Source: Candidatus Beckwithbacteria bacterium CG10_big_fil_rev_8_21_14_0_10_34_10 (lineage in GTDB: Bacteria > Patescibacteriota > Microgenomatia > UBA1400). From it: DNA of 64,000 nt. This document shows positions 39,946 through 48,404 of this stretch, piece after piece. The position numbers were made by a program, and so were the translations under genes. Under the pieces are notes generated by a model. The model did no database searches and was not told the origin of the DNA. It worked only from the letters and a program-made list of their open reading frames with translations. The stretch covers positions 4,028-68,027 of the forward strand of contig PEZT01000010.1 of NCBI GenBank assembly GCA_002773945.1, read 5' to 3'. Position 1 is the stretch's first letter. Each line of letters starts with the position of its first letter.

Positions 39946-40715
39946 GACGAGAATCTACCTAATCTTATTACTAATTTAAAAGCAATTAAAATAGGCTCAA
40001 AAAAATCTTTCCAGGATAGCTTAGATTTACCGGCTCTCCGATCAACAAACACAATCGGCATTTCCTTAACTTTAAACCCGGCTTTAAGAACTCTAAAAAT
40101 TGACTCCATGGAAATGGCCAAACCTTTTTTGGAAAAAAACTGATTAACTTTAATCTTTTCTAAAACATTGCCTTTATAAACTTTATATCCTGAACCCATA
40201 TCTTTAAGCTTAATTCCTAAAACTAACCTTAAAAAAACTCCAGAAAGCTTGGAAACAAAGGTCCTAAAAGGATCTCGGTTCGCATCAGACCCCCCCTTAA
40301 TAAAACGGGAGCCTAAAATTACATCACTCTCCCCTTTTTCTAATTCCCGTAAAAATTGAGGAATATATTTAGGTTGATGAGAAAAATCAGCATCCATTTC
40401 AATAATAACATCAGCTTTTTTATTTAAACAAAATCTAAAACCATCTTTTCCCGCTAAAGCCCTTCCCCTGGGCGGCTGACGGTGAACCACCTTAACATTT
40501 TTATATTTTCCAGCCAAAGCATCAGCTATTTTGCTCGTTTTATCTAAAGAAGCATCATTAATAATAACAATATGAAGATGAGAAACCTTTAATCCTAAAA
40601 TCTTCCTAACTAAAGGCTCTAAATTCTCCTCTTCATTATGACATGGTAAAAACAACCAGATATTTTTAAAAATATACTTTTTTGTTAAACCCTGACTATA
40701 TTTTCCTTTTTTCAT
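39942..40715 (-). CDS. GT2 polyprenol monophospho-sugar synthase (Ppm1/DPM1-like)
   Basis: PCHNEEENL, INDASLD, EMDADFSHQP, GSRFIKGG, DMGSGYK, EMPIVFVDRRAGKSK. Confidence 0.92.
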   Translation of the reverse strand: MKKGKYSQGLTKKYIFKNIWLFLPCHNEEENLEPLVRKILGLKVSHLHIVIINDASLDKTSKIADALAGKYKNVKVVHRQPPRGRALAGKDGFRFCLNKKADVIIEMDADFSHQPKYIPQFLRELEKGESDVILGSRFIKGGSDANRDPFRTFVSKLSGVFLRLVLGIKLKDMGSGYKVYKGNVLEKIKVNQFFSKKGLAISMESIFRVLKAGFKVKEMPIVFVDRRAGKSKLSWKDFFEPILIAFKLVIRLGRFSS

Positions 40716-41403
40716 AATCCTCTCTTACCTTTTTTAATCTTTCCGGTGTCCCCATATCCTTAGAATACTCATTGGAATAATAAACATAAAGTTTTTTGTT
40801 TTTTTTTAAAAGATCAGGAATTAATTCTTTTTCTAATGAATATTTAATATTCTGAGGAATATATTTTAAAACTTTAGGTTCAAATATATGGGTTCCACTT
40901 TTAGAAACTGGTTTAAACTTATCTCCCATTTTAGGCCTAAAGAACTTTAAAACTTTAAAGTTCTTATCATATGAAACTAAATCAGAATCATAAGGATGAT
41001 CAGTCTGGTGAACAATAAAAGTTCCGAGACCTCCATTTTTTTTATGAAACTTAGCCATTTTTCTTAAGTTTAAACTAGTCATGACATCTCCGTTTAAAAC
41101 AAAAAAAGTTTCATTTAAATATTTTTCCGCTACTTTTAAAGCTCCTGCTCCACCCATAATGGTCTTTTCATAAGAATAAACAATCTTTACTCCCCACTTT
41201 TTTCCATCCCCAAAGTATTCTCTGACTTTGTTCGGAAAATGGTGAAGATTAATAATAATATCCTTAAAGCCATACTGAGAACATAAAATCACTAAATGTT
41301 CTAAAACAGGCTTATCACCAATTTTAACTAAAACTTTAGGAATTTTATTAGTTAATGGCCTTAATCTCGTTCCTAGGCCAGCCGAAAGGATAAAGACTTT
41401 CAT
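40696..41403 (-). CDS. sugar-1-phosphate nucleotidyltransferase (NTP_transferase, no beta-helix domain)
   Basis: LSAGLGTRLRPLT..IPK, LNGD, HPYDSD, DMGTPERL. Confidence 0.9.
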   Translation of the reverse strand: MKVFILSAGLGTRLRPLTNKIPKVLVKIGDKPVLEHLVILCSQYGFKDIIINLHHFPNKVREYFGDGKKWGVKIVYSYEKTIMGGAGALKVAEKYLNETFFVLNGDVMTSLNLRKMAKFHKKNGGLGTFIVHQTDHPYDSDLVSYDKNFKVLKFFRPKMGDKFKPVSKSGTHIFEPKVLKYIPQNIKYSLEKELIPDLLKKNKKLYVYYSNEYSKDMGTPERLKKVREDYEKRKI

Positions 41404-42011
41404 AACTTCTCCTTTTTAATAATAAAATCAACGGCTTTTTTTAAATCTTTTAAAACAAAGTCTGGCTTAGCCTGATAAACTTCATCTTTGCCCGCATGGC
41501 CAGTTTTAACCAAAATTGTCTTGGCTCCAACTGCTTGACCCATTAATATATCTCTGGCCGCATCCCCAACTACATAAGACTTTTTTAAGTTTAACCCAAA
41601 CAGCTTTTTAACATAATTAAGCATCCCCGCTTTAGGCTTTCTCCAAGAACAATTAAGAATCATTTTTTTATCATAAGCTGTTGGATGATGAGGGCAAAAT
41701 AAAATAACATCTAAAAAGGCCCCTTTTTTATCTAACTGACTCTTTAAATATTCATTTATCTTTATGACTTTTTTAACTGAACAAATCCCTCGGGCAATTA
41801 CTGAAGCATTGTGATGAATAATGATTGGAATATTATACTGATTTAATATTTTAATGGCTTTAAAAACAAAAGGATAAATTTTAAAATCTTTGATTTTATA
41901 AACTAAATGTCTTTCCTCATTAATAACTCCATCTCTATCAATAAAAACACCCCAGTCTCGTTGAGGTTTAAAACCTTTTCTTATATCAACCGGGTGAGAA
42001 GAATTTTTCAT
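41400..42011 (-). CDS. gmhB: GmhB-like HAD phosphatase (heptose-1,7-bisphosphate phosphatase), atypical motif II
   Basis: FIDRDGVIN, CPHHP, RKPKAGM, GD...DI..G; context within heptose genes. The usual TNQ reads HNA. Confidence 0.85.
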   Translation of the reverse strand: MKNSSHPVDIRKGFKPQRDWGVFIDRDGVINEERHLVYKIKDFKIYPFVFKAIKILNQYNIPIIIHHNASVIARGICSVKKVIKINEYLKSQLDKKGAFLDVILFCPHHPTAYDKKMILNCSWRKPKAGMLNYVKKLFGLNLKKSYVVGDAARDILMGQAVGAKTILVKTGHAGKDEVYQAKPDFVLKDLKKAVDFIIKKEKL

Positions 42012-42015
42012 ACTT

Positions 42016-43023
42016 TTATTTTTCCCAAACTTTTAAACCATTAAAATCAAACTCAAAGTCTATCTTTTTAACATCCTCTTTTCTTAAAACTTTTTCTAAT
42101 TTATCTTGTTTTTCCGGTGGGCAGAAAAAAAACATATGGCCACCTTCACCAGCCCCCATTATTTTCCCCCCTCGAGACCCGTTTTTCTTAGCTAATTCAT
42201 AAAGGTCATTGACCCTTGAGTTGGCAATCTTAGGATTACTTCTTTTCTTAAAATCCCAGGCTTCATCTAATATTTCCCCAATTAAATTAAAATCCTCCTT
42301 CTTCCAGGCTTTAATCATTTTATTAACTCCTCTTTTTAAACCTTTTAAAGCCTCAATTTTTTCCTCCTCTTTCATTCCCGCGCTTAGATTTTTTTGCAGC
42401 TTACCAGAATGACGCTTGCCACCAATATAGAAAAGAATCATCCATTTTCTAATCCGTTTAATTAAATCTTTGGGGAAAAACAGGGGAATAACCCCAATCG
42501 ATTCTTTAGCCCCAAAAGTTAAAAGATTAATTCCTCCAAAAGCAGCGGCTAGTTGATCTTGCTTTCCGCCTGACCATTTAAGCTCCTGGGTCTCCATTCT
42601 CCAGGCTAGATAAGCCATTTCCATCCGGCTTAAACCCCGCTTTAACCAATGACTAAAGACAGCAATCATGGCTACTCCGGCACTGCCAGAACTACCCAAT
42701 CCTCCCAAACTTTCTCCTTGAAACTCTACTTTTAATTTAAAGCCTGATTTTATTAAAGGTTTAAAATAATTAATAATGGCATAAACCAAATCAAAATCTT
42801 TTTCTTTACCATAAATTAAATCTTTTTTTAAATCTTTTTCTATAGTTTTCCCTAAAGCTTCAATATATATCTTTTCTTCCTTTATGGGTTTTAAACTAAC
42901 CTGATGATATAAATTTATCGCCAGAGAAAAAACCTTACCACCAAAGTCAGCCGCAAAAGGATTAACATCAGTTCCTCCGCCAATCAATCCAATTCTAACG
43001 GGCGTTTGAGAAAATATTTTCAT
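42016..43023 (-). CDS. hddA: D-glycero-alpha-D-manno-heptose-7-phosphate kinase (GHMP family)
   Basis: PVRIGLIGGGTD, GLGSSG, GKQDQ..AAFGG, GGKIMGAGEGG; between gmhA and gmhB. Confidence 0.88.
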   Translation of the reverse strand: MKIFSQTPVRIGLIGGGTDVNPFAADFGGKVFSLAINLYHQVSLKPIKEEKIYIEALGKTIEKDLKKDLIYGKEKDFDLVYAIINYFKPLIKSGFKLKVEFQGESLGGLGSSGSAGVAMIAVFSHWLKRGLSRMEMAYLAWRMETQELKWSGGKQDQLAAAFGGINLLTFGAKESIGVIPLFFPKDLIKRIRKWMILFYIGGKRHSGKLQKNLSAGMKEEEKIEALKGLKRGVNKMIKAWKKEDFNLIGEILDEAWDFKKRSNPKIANSRVNDLYELAKKNGSRGGKIMGAGEGGHMFFFCPPEKQDKLEKVLRKEDVKKIDFEFDFNGLKVWEK

Positions 43024-43640
43024 TTAATCTCCAATCCTTTATCAGAAAAAAGGAGCTGTTCCATGACATCACAAATGGCATGAAAAGCAGCTACATGCCC
43101 TTCTTGAATGTGAGTAACATCTTGGGCTGGGATATTAACAATAATATCAGCTAATTTTTGTTTAATAATCACTCCTCCGCTACCTCCTAAAAAAGCAATT
43201 GACTTAACCCCTCTTTTTTTAGCTAACTTAAATCCATTAACAATATCTGGTGAATTACCACTGGTAGTAATGCCAATGACTAAATCCTCTGGCTTAGCTA
43301 AAGCTTCCAGTTGACGGGAAAAAATATGCTCAAAACCCAGATCATTAGAAACAGCGGTTAAAACAGAACTATCAGTTGTTAAAGCATGAGCTGGTAGCGG
43401 GAAACGGTATTCAAACCTATGATTAGTTCGAAGCATACATAAAAGCTCTCCTGCTATATGCTGAGCATCAGCCGCACTCCCGCCATTCCCAAAGGTGTAA
43501 ACCACTCCACCTTTTTTATAATAGGTTTCCACAATTGCCAAAGCGGCTTGTTTTATTACTTCTACATTTTTCTTAACCATTTCTTCTTTAGTTTTAATAC
43601 TCATTCTTAAATGATTTTTTATTCTGTCGTTAATATTCAT
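43020..43640 (-). CDS. gmhA: sedoheptulose-7-phosphate isomerase (SIS domain)
   Basis: GNGGSAADAQHIAGEL, TAVSND.GF..IFSRQ, TTSGNS, HIQEGH...H. Confidence 0.95.
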   Translation of the reverse strand: MNINDRIKNHLRMSIKTKEEMVKKNVEVIKQAALAIVETYYKKGGVVYTFGNGGSAADAQHIAGELLCMLRTNHRFEYRFPLPAHALTTDSSVLTAVSNDLGFEHIFSRQLEALAKPEDLVIGITTSGNSPDIVNGFKLAKKRGVKSIAFLGGSGGVIIKQKLADIIVNIPAQDVTHIQEGHVAAFHAICDVMEQLLFSDKGLEIK

Positions 43641-44341
43641 TTTCCCTCCATTCTCTTTAAAACTTGAATCGCCTTTTTATATGATTCAGGTGAACCAATA
43701 TCCAAATAGTCCTTAATTGGGTAACCTACTAACTTGTATTTCTTCTCAATTAAAAGGGGAAATAAATCTTTTTCCAAAGAGGCTCGCTCCCCTTTTTTTA
43801 AAAACTTTAAAACAGAAGGCTTGAAAATATAAGCGCCGGCATTATTATAACCCTTTCCTTTTTGATGACCAATAATTTCCTTAAATTCTTTAACTGTTTT
43901 GTCTTTATTCAAAACAATCAGGCCACCCCTACCTTGAAACTTTTTAGCAACCGCAATAGTCACATCCGCCTTTTTTTCCTGATGATATTTTAAAAAATCA
44001 AAAAAGTCTAAATCAATAAAAGTATCCCCATTTAAGACCAAAAAATCCTCATTAAAAAAGCTCTGGGCATACTTAATTGTCCCGGCTGTTCCTAAAGGTC
44101 GGTTATCAATTGAATAAGCAATATTAACTCTCAAGTTTTTCCCATCACCAAAATAATCAACAATATAATCTGATAAATAACCAACAGCCAAAACAATATC
44201 TTTAACTCCTTTTTTCTTAAGATTATTAATTAAGTGTTCTAAAAAGGGTTTACCGGCAATTGGCGCCATTGGTTTTGGTCGACCATGAATCATCTCCCGA
44301 AGTCTAACTCCAAAACCAGCGGCTAAAATTAATGCTTTCAT
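43637..44341 (-). CDS. hddC: heptose-1-phosphate guanylyltransferase-like nucleotidyltransferase
   Basis: LAAGFGVRL, PKPMAPIAGKPFL, PLGTAG, LNGDTF, SLEKD, DIGSPESY; first gene of the heptose block. Confidence 0.8.
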   Translation of the reverse strand: MKALILAAGFGVRLREMIHGRPKPMAPIAGKPFLEHLINNLKKKGVKDIVLAVGYLSDYIVDYFGDGKNLRVNIAYSIDNRPLGTAGTIKYAQSFFNEDFLVLNGDTFIDLDFFDFLKYHQEKKADVTIAVAKKFQGRGGLIVLNKDKTVKEFKEIIGHQKGKGYNNAGAYIFKPSVLKFLKKGERASLEKDLFPLLIEKKYKLVGYPIKDYLDIGSPESYKKAIQVLKRMEGK

Positions 44342-44346
44342 ATATT

Positions 44347-44353
44347 CCTCCTT
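44347..44353 (-). promoter_or_regulatory. Shine-Dalgarno site (AAGGAGG) of hddC
   Basis: Plus-strand cctcctt at 44347-44353 reads AAGGAGG on the minus strand, 5 nt before the ATG at 44341. Confidence 0.8.
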
Positions 44354-44374
44354 TATATTTTTAAAAAAATAGGT

Positions 44375-45238
44375 CTAAATTCTTCTTTTCCTAAAAAATA
44401 ATTTAGGCAAAGAAGACAAAGCCCATAAAAATCCTATAAAAAACATTCCTTTTGATCTTATAGTAGTAAAAATTAAATGATATGGCAGCCACATAAAATG
44501 CTCTAAAAGTTTAACTCCTCTAATATTTTTCCAAACAAAAAGAATCTGATTTTTATAAGCGGCTATCTCCATTCGTATTTTCCCCAACTCTTTAAGATTA
44601 GTGGTTTCATGATTGTGATAAACTACTGATTTTGGTTCAAACAAAATCTTAAAGCCCTTTTTCCTGGCTCTAAAGCAAAGGTCAATATCCTCCCAATAAG
44701 CTGGTTTAAATATAGAGTCCATTCCTCCTAGCTTAAAATACTTCTCTCTGTCAACCGCCATACTGCCTCCAAAAGTCCAATAAGTGTCCTTTTTAGTTTG
44801 GTCTTTGGATCTTTTGTGAACCAAAAAGCCTCTTTTAAACTCCGCCTCATTTCTCCCGGAAATTACTTTTTTCCCTTCCTTTTCTTCTATTTCCTGACAA
44901 CCAACTGAAAAAACAATTTTATCTTTAAAATTCTCAATTAAGGGTTTTAAAAAGTCCTTTTCTGGAGAAACATCATTATTTAAAAGAATAACAATCTTCC
45001 CCTCGGCTTTTTTAAACCCAGAATTACAAACTCTGGCAAAACGAAGATTTTTTTTGTGTTCAACTAATTTAATCTGGGGAAATTTTGCTTTTAAGAAATT
45101 TACGCTCTCATCAGTCGAGCCATCATCAACCACAATAATCTCACAACCTGGACAAGCTAAAATAACCTGAGGCAGGTTTTTTTCTAAAAGATCTTTACCA
45201 TTAAAGCTAGGAATAACAACTGATATTTCTTTCATCAT
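44375..45238 (-). CDS. GT2 family glycosyltransferase (rhamnosyltransferase-like)
   Basis: VIPSFNG, VDDGSTD, LLNNDV, YWEDIDLCFRA..G. Confidence 0.92.
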   Translation of the reverse strand: MMKEISVVIPSFNGKDLLEKNLPQVILACPGCEIIVVDDGSTDESVNFLKAKFPQIKLVEHKKNLRFARVCNSGFKKAEGKIVILLNNDVSPEKDFLKPLIENFKDKIVFSVGCQEIEEKEGKKVISGRNEAEFKRGFLVHKRSKDQTKKDTYWTFGGSMAVDREKYFKLGGMDSIFKPAYWEDIDLCFRARKKGFKILFEPKSVVYHNHETTNLKELGKIRMEIAAYKNQILFVWKNIRGVKLLEHFMWLPYHLIFTTIRSKGMFFIGFLWALSSLPKLFFRKRRI

Positions 45239-46860
45239 TTAATTCTAAAAAATCCCAATTTCTCCCATTCTAACCACTGATTTTGGGAAATCTCCTTTAC
45301 TTTTTCTTTCTTTATATAAAGATTTTGTTCCACCTTAATCATTTTACCCTCTTCTTCTTGAAATCTCATTACCTGAGAGTAATTTTCTGCCATAGCTTTC
45401 TCCATTAAAGGTGAATAACGAGACGGCCCTACCTGGGGAAAATTATAATACAAAAACTCAGGCGGATCTTTTATAAAAACTTGATCCATTTCTTTTTTAA
45501 TGACTGGCACACCATAGCTCCAATCATAATAAACAATCTGCCTGCTAGCTGGCTTAAGACCTGATTGCCAATAGATTAAAGATTCATGAGGAAAAACAGC
45601 CAATCTATCACCCGGTGAAGCTATTGCCTTAGAAGCTATTCCCATTAAATAATAGGGATAATAGTTAATATTATGTTCTCTATTCTTATCTATTTTTTGT
45701 CTATAAGGCATATTAGAATTCAGTAAAAGACAAATTCCGGAAACTCCTAAAATTAAAACCGATAAAAATTTTCCAATACCTTTAATCTTTTTAAAAATTA
45801 ATTCAACCATTAACAAATCAAAAAATATTAAGGCTCCATACCAAGGTAAAAGATGAAAACCTTCATAATACATTTTACCAACTGTTAAAACCCGATTATT
45901 TAAAAGCAAAACTGAAACTAAAATTAAAAAATAAAAGAGGTAATTTTTTTTCTGACTAATTTTTTTTCCTTTATTATTAAAAAAATAGATAATAAAACAT
46001 CCAATTAGTAGAATTGAGAAAAACTTAATAAATGAACTTAAAACTGAAACTTCAGATTTAAAAAAAGATATTATTGGAAAAAGAAAAAGAATAAAATAGT
46101 CAGTTTTATTCTTTATAGAACTTAAAACCGGAACAACATACTTAAAATTGTAAAAAACTGTTTCTCTAAACCAATCTAAAGGAGAAATAAAAAGAAACAA
46201 AACAAAAGTTGGAACAATAAAACCAACTAAAGCCCTTTTTAATTCCTTGGTTTTAATAAAATATATAAGATTTAAAATAATTAAACTGGGAATTAAGGGC
46301 AAAAGATTAAAAACTACTAAAAAATTAGCCAAACCAAAAATTAAACTCTGCCATTTTTTCGGCTTAAAAGCATAAAAAACAACTCTAAAAGTTTGACCTA
46401 ATATAAAAAGCAAGGGATAAACTGCTAAAGACTCCATTAAAAGCAAATTGCCAAAAAGAAAAAACTTAGTTAATTCAAAAAACAAAGAAAACAATAAGAA
46501 AACCGGTCCAAAAACAAAAAATAAAACCAAGCTCCATGAAAAAGAATAAAGGAAGACCGCTTCTCTAGTCCTTTTAATTAAAAGAAATAAATTATCAGGT
46601 TTAAAGAATTTCTGGGTAAAACTACTGAAAAAATAAACTAAAGGCTGGTGATTAGAAGAAAGATCATCATAAAGTTTATAGCCTTTATTCATAAAATGAG
46701 CCAAAACTATGTGATCTTCTTCATCAACAAAATGAAAAGACTGACTAAATTTTTCAGTTAAAAAAAAGCTAAATAAAAATAATCCAATAAAAAGGATAAA
46801 ACTAAAAAGTTTTACTTTTCCAACTTTAATTTCTTTAATTCTATTTATAATTGTTATCAT
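45235..46860 (-). CDS. polytopic membrane protein, probable GT-C
   Basis: TM1 then FVDEEDH...LY.D...NHQP, many TMs, C-terminal soluble domain. ATG at 46860 preferred over 46902. Confidence 0.68.
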   Translation of the reverse strand: MITIINRIKEIKVGKVKLFSFILFIGLFLFSFFLTEKFSQSFHFVDEEDHIVLAHFMNKGYKLYDDLSSNHQPLVYFFSSFTQKFFKPDNLFLLIKRTREAVFLYSFSWSLVLFFVFGPVFLLFSLFFELTKFFLFGNLLLMESLAVYPLLFILGQTFRVVFYAFKPKKWQSLIFGLANFLVVFNLLPLIPSLIILNLIYFIKTKELKRALVGFIVPTFVLFLFISPLDWFRETVFYNFKYVVPVLSSIKNKTDYFILFLFPIISFFKSEVSVLSSFIKFFSILLIGCFIIYFFNNKGKKISQKKNYLFYFLILVSVLLLNNRVLTVGKMYYEGFHLLPWYGALIFFDLLMVELIFKKIKGIGKFLSVLILGVSGICLLLNSNMPYRQKIDKNREHNINYYPYYLMGIASKAIASPGDRLAVFPHESLIYWQSGLKPASRQIVYYDWSYGVPVIKKEMDQVFIKDPPEFLYYNFPQVGPSRYSPLMEKAMAENYSQVMRFQEEEGKMIKVEQNLYIKKEKVKEISQNQWLEWEKLGFFRIK

Positions 46861-46874
46861 TAAAAACTTGGCTA

Positions 46875-48404
46875 TTAGTGACCAAAATAATAGCTTTCCC
46901 ATAAACCAGTTGATAAAAGAATATTATTTCCTGTGTTTTCGTCATAGCCATAAATAGGAGGACAGTTAAGGTGATTCCACTTGCAAGAACCGGCAGAGGC
47001 CGCATAAATAGCGTGAAGACGGCAAACAAAACCACCTTCATCTTCTCCGGTATTATAAAGAACTTCACCATTTTGAGCCCAACTTACATACTTTTCTAAC
47101 GATTTAGCTGGCTGACCTGGTATTTTATTAAAACAAGCGTCGGCCGCATGATTACTTGGAAGATATAAAGCCGCTAGATTATATCGATAAACTTTAAAAT
47201 GATGAAAAACAACTAATAGCAAGGCAAACATAATCAAAATTCTGAGGAAAAAAAAGCTTAAAAGACTTTTTTTTCTTATCTTAGAAAAAGAGGGAATAAC
47301 ATAATTCCAAGCTAAAATATAAAGAGTGTAAAATGAAGCTAGAACCCCGGCAGAGCGCCTGATTCCCGGTAAATCACCAGAAAAATTTCCCACCAGTAAA
47401 CTAGTTAAACCTAGAAGCAAACTTAATAAAATAGGTAGCCTTGTTTTCTTAATCTTAATAAACATCCAAACGCTTAAAAATAAAACTAATAAAACTGTTA
47501 ATAACAATATTTTGTGGGAAAACTCTACCCGGGAAATATCAGATTCAAAATAAAAACTACCAGGATAAAGAAATAAATCTTTGCCTACCTGCTTGGTTCC
47601 GGAAATAATATTATTTAGTAAATCAGATATATTTTTTGGCATCTGCCCACCCCCACCACCTCTAAAAATACCCGACCTAGCTTGATGATCATAAATAAGT
47701 TTCTGGGGATTCTTAAGATAATTTAAAACAATCAACATCGGTAAAACAAAGCTAAACAAAAGAATAATTCCATTTCTTAAAATTATTTTAAAATTAAGAT
47801 CCTTTATATTTTTCCATAAAAGAAAAATATAAATAATGAGTAAAATAGGAATGTACGCTAAAAAAGTTGGGTAAGACATAGCCGCCAACATAATTAAAAA
47901 ACCAAGGCTAAATTGCTTTATCCCCGCCATTAATGGCCGGGAAAAATCTAAACTTAACAATAAATAAAGACAAATTGGAAAATATTGCAAATCAATCCCA
48001 AAGCTTGTCTGGAGGGTGTTGAAATACAAAAGAGTCGGCGATAAACCAATCGCCAGTAAAGGCAACCAGCTTATTCTTCTTTTAAAATACTTATTAAAAA
48101 TAGCCCCGAGACTTAAAAGAGAAAAAAAATGAACTGCCAGGCGAAAATACTTGGCTGTAAATAAAGTAAATCCAAATAAATTGTAAACCACTAAAAGAGT
48201 TCCATACCAACCAACATTGCTGGAAATACCATCATAGATAGTTCTATTCTGAAGCCAGAAGACATTCCGAACAGATTCAGCTAATTCTTCTAAGCGGATT
48301 TTATTAGTAGAATTAAGGGTATAAACAAGCTGAAATAACCAAATAAAAACTACTAACAATAAATCCCAAAGTCTAGATAATTTATTTAATTTTTTAATTT
48401 TCAT
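46875..48404 (-). CDS. polytopic membrane protein, possible GT-C
   Basis: TM1 then RLEELAES, many TMs, FRGGGG loop, PGIRR, four Cys in the C-terminal domain. Confidence 0.6.
   Translation of the reverse strand: MKIKKLNKLSRLWDLLLVVFIWLFQLVYTLNSTNKIRLEELAESVRNVFWLQNRTIYDGISSNVGWYGTLLVVYNLFGFTLFTAKYFRLAVHFFSLLSLGAIFNKYFKRRISWLPLLAIGLSPTLLYFNTLQTSFGIDLQYFPICLYLLLSLDFSRPLMAGIKQFSLGFLIMLAAMSYPTFLAYIPILLIIYIFLLWKNIKDLNFKIILRNGIILLFSFVLPMLIVLNYLKNPQKLIYDHQARSGIFRGGGGGQMPKNISDLLNNIISGTKQVGKDLFLYPGSFYFESDISRVEFSHKILLLTVLLVLFLSVWMFIKIKKTRLPILLSLLLGLTSLLVGNFSGDLPGIRRSAGVLASFYTLYILAWNYVIPSFSKIRKKSLLSFFFLRILIMFALLLVVFHHFKVYRYNLAALYLPSNHAADACFNKIPGQPAKSLEKYVSWAQNGEVLYNTGEDEGGFVCRLHAIYAASAGSCKWNHLNCPPIYGYDENTGNNILLSTGLWESYYFGH

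Noticed and set aside
40290-40296. C7 tract (G7 on the coding strand) in the Ppm1-like gene, plus several T8-T9 runs (for example 1082-1090, 40799-40807), as phase-variation sites
   Set aside because: The tracts are short, all genes are in frame, and A/T runs are expected from Lys/Phe codons in AT-rich DNA.
40696-44341. ADP-L-glycero-beta-D-manno-heptose (LPS core) pathway
   Set aside because: The kinase is GHMP-type (HddA), not the ribokinase-type HldE, and no HldD or GT9 heptosyltransferase is present.
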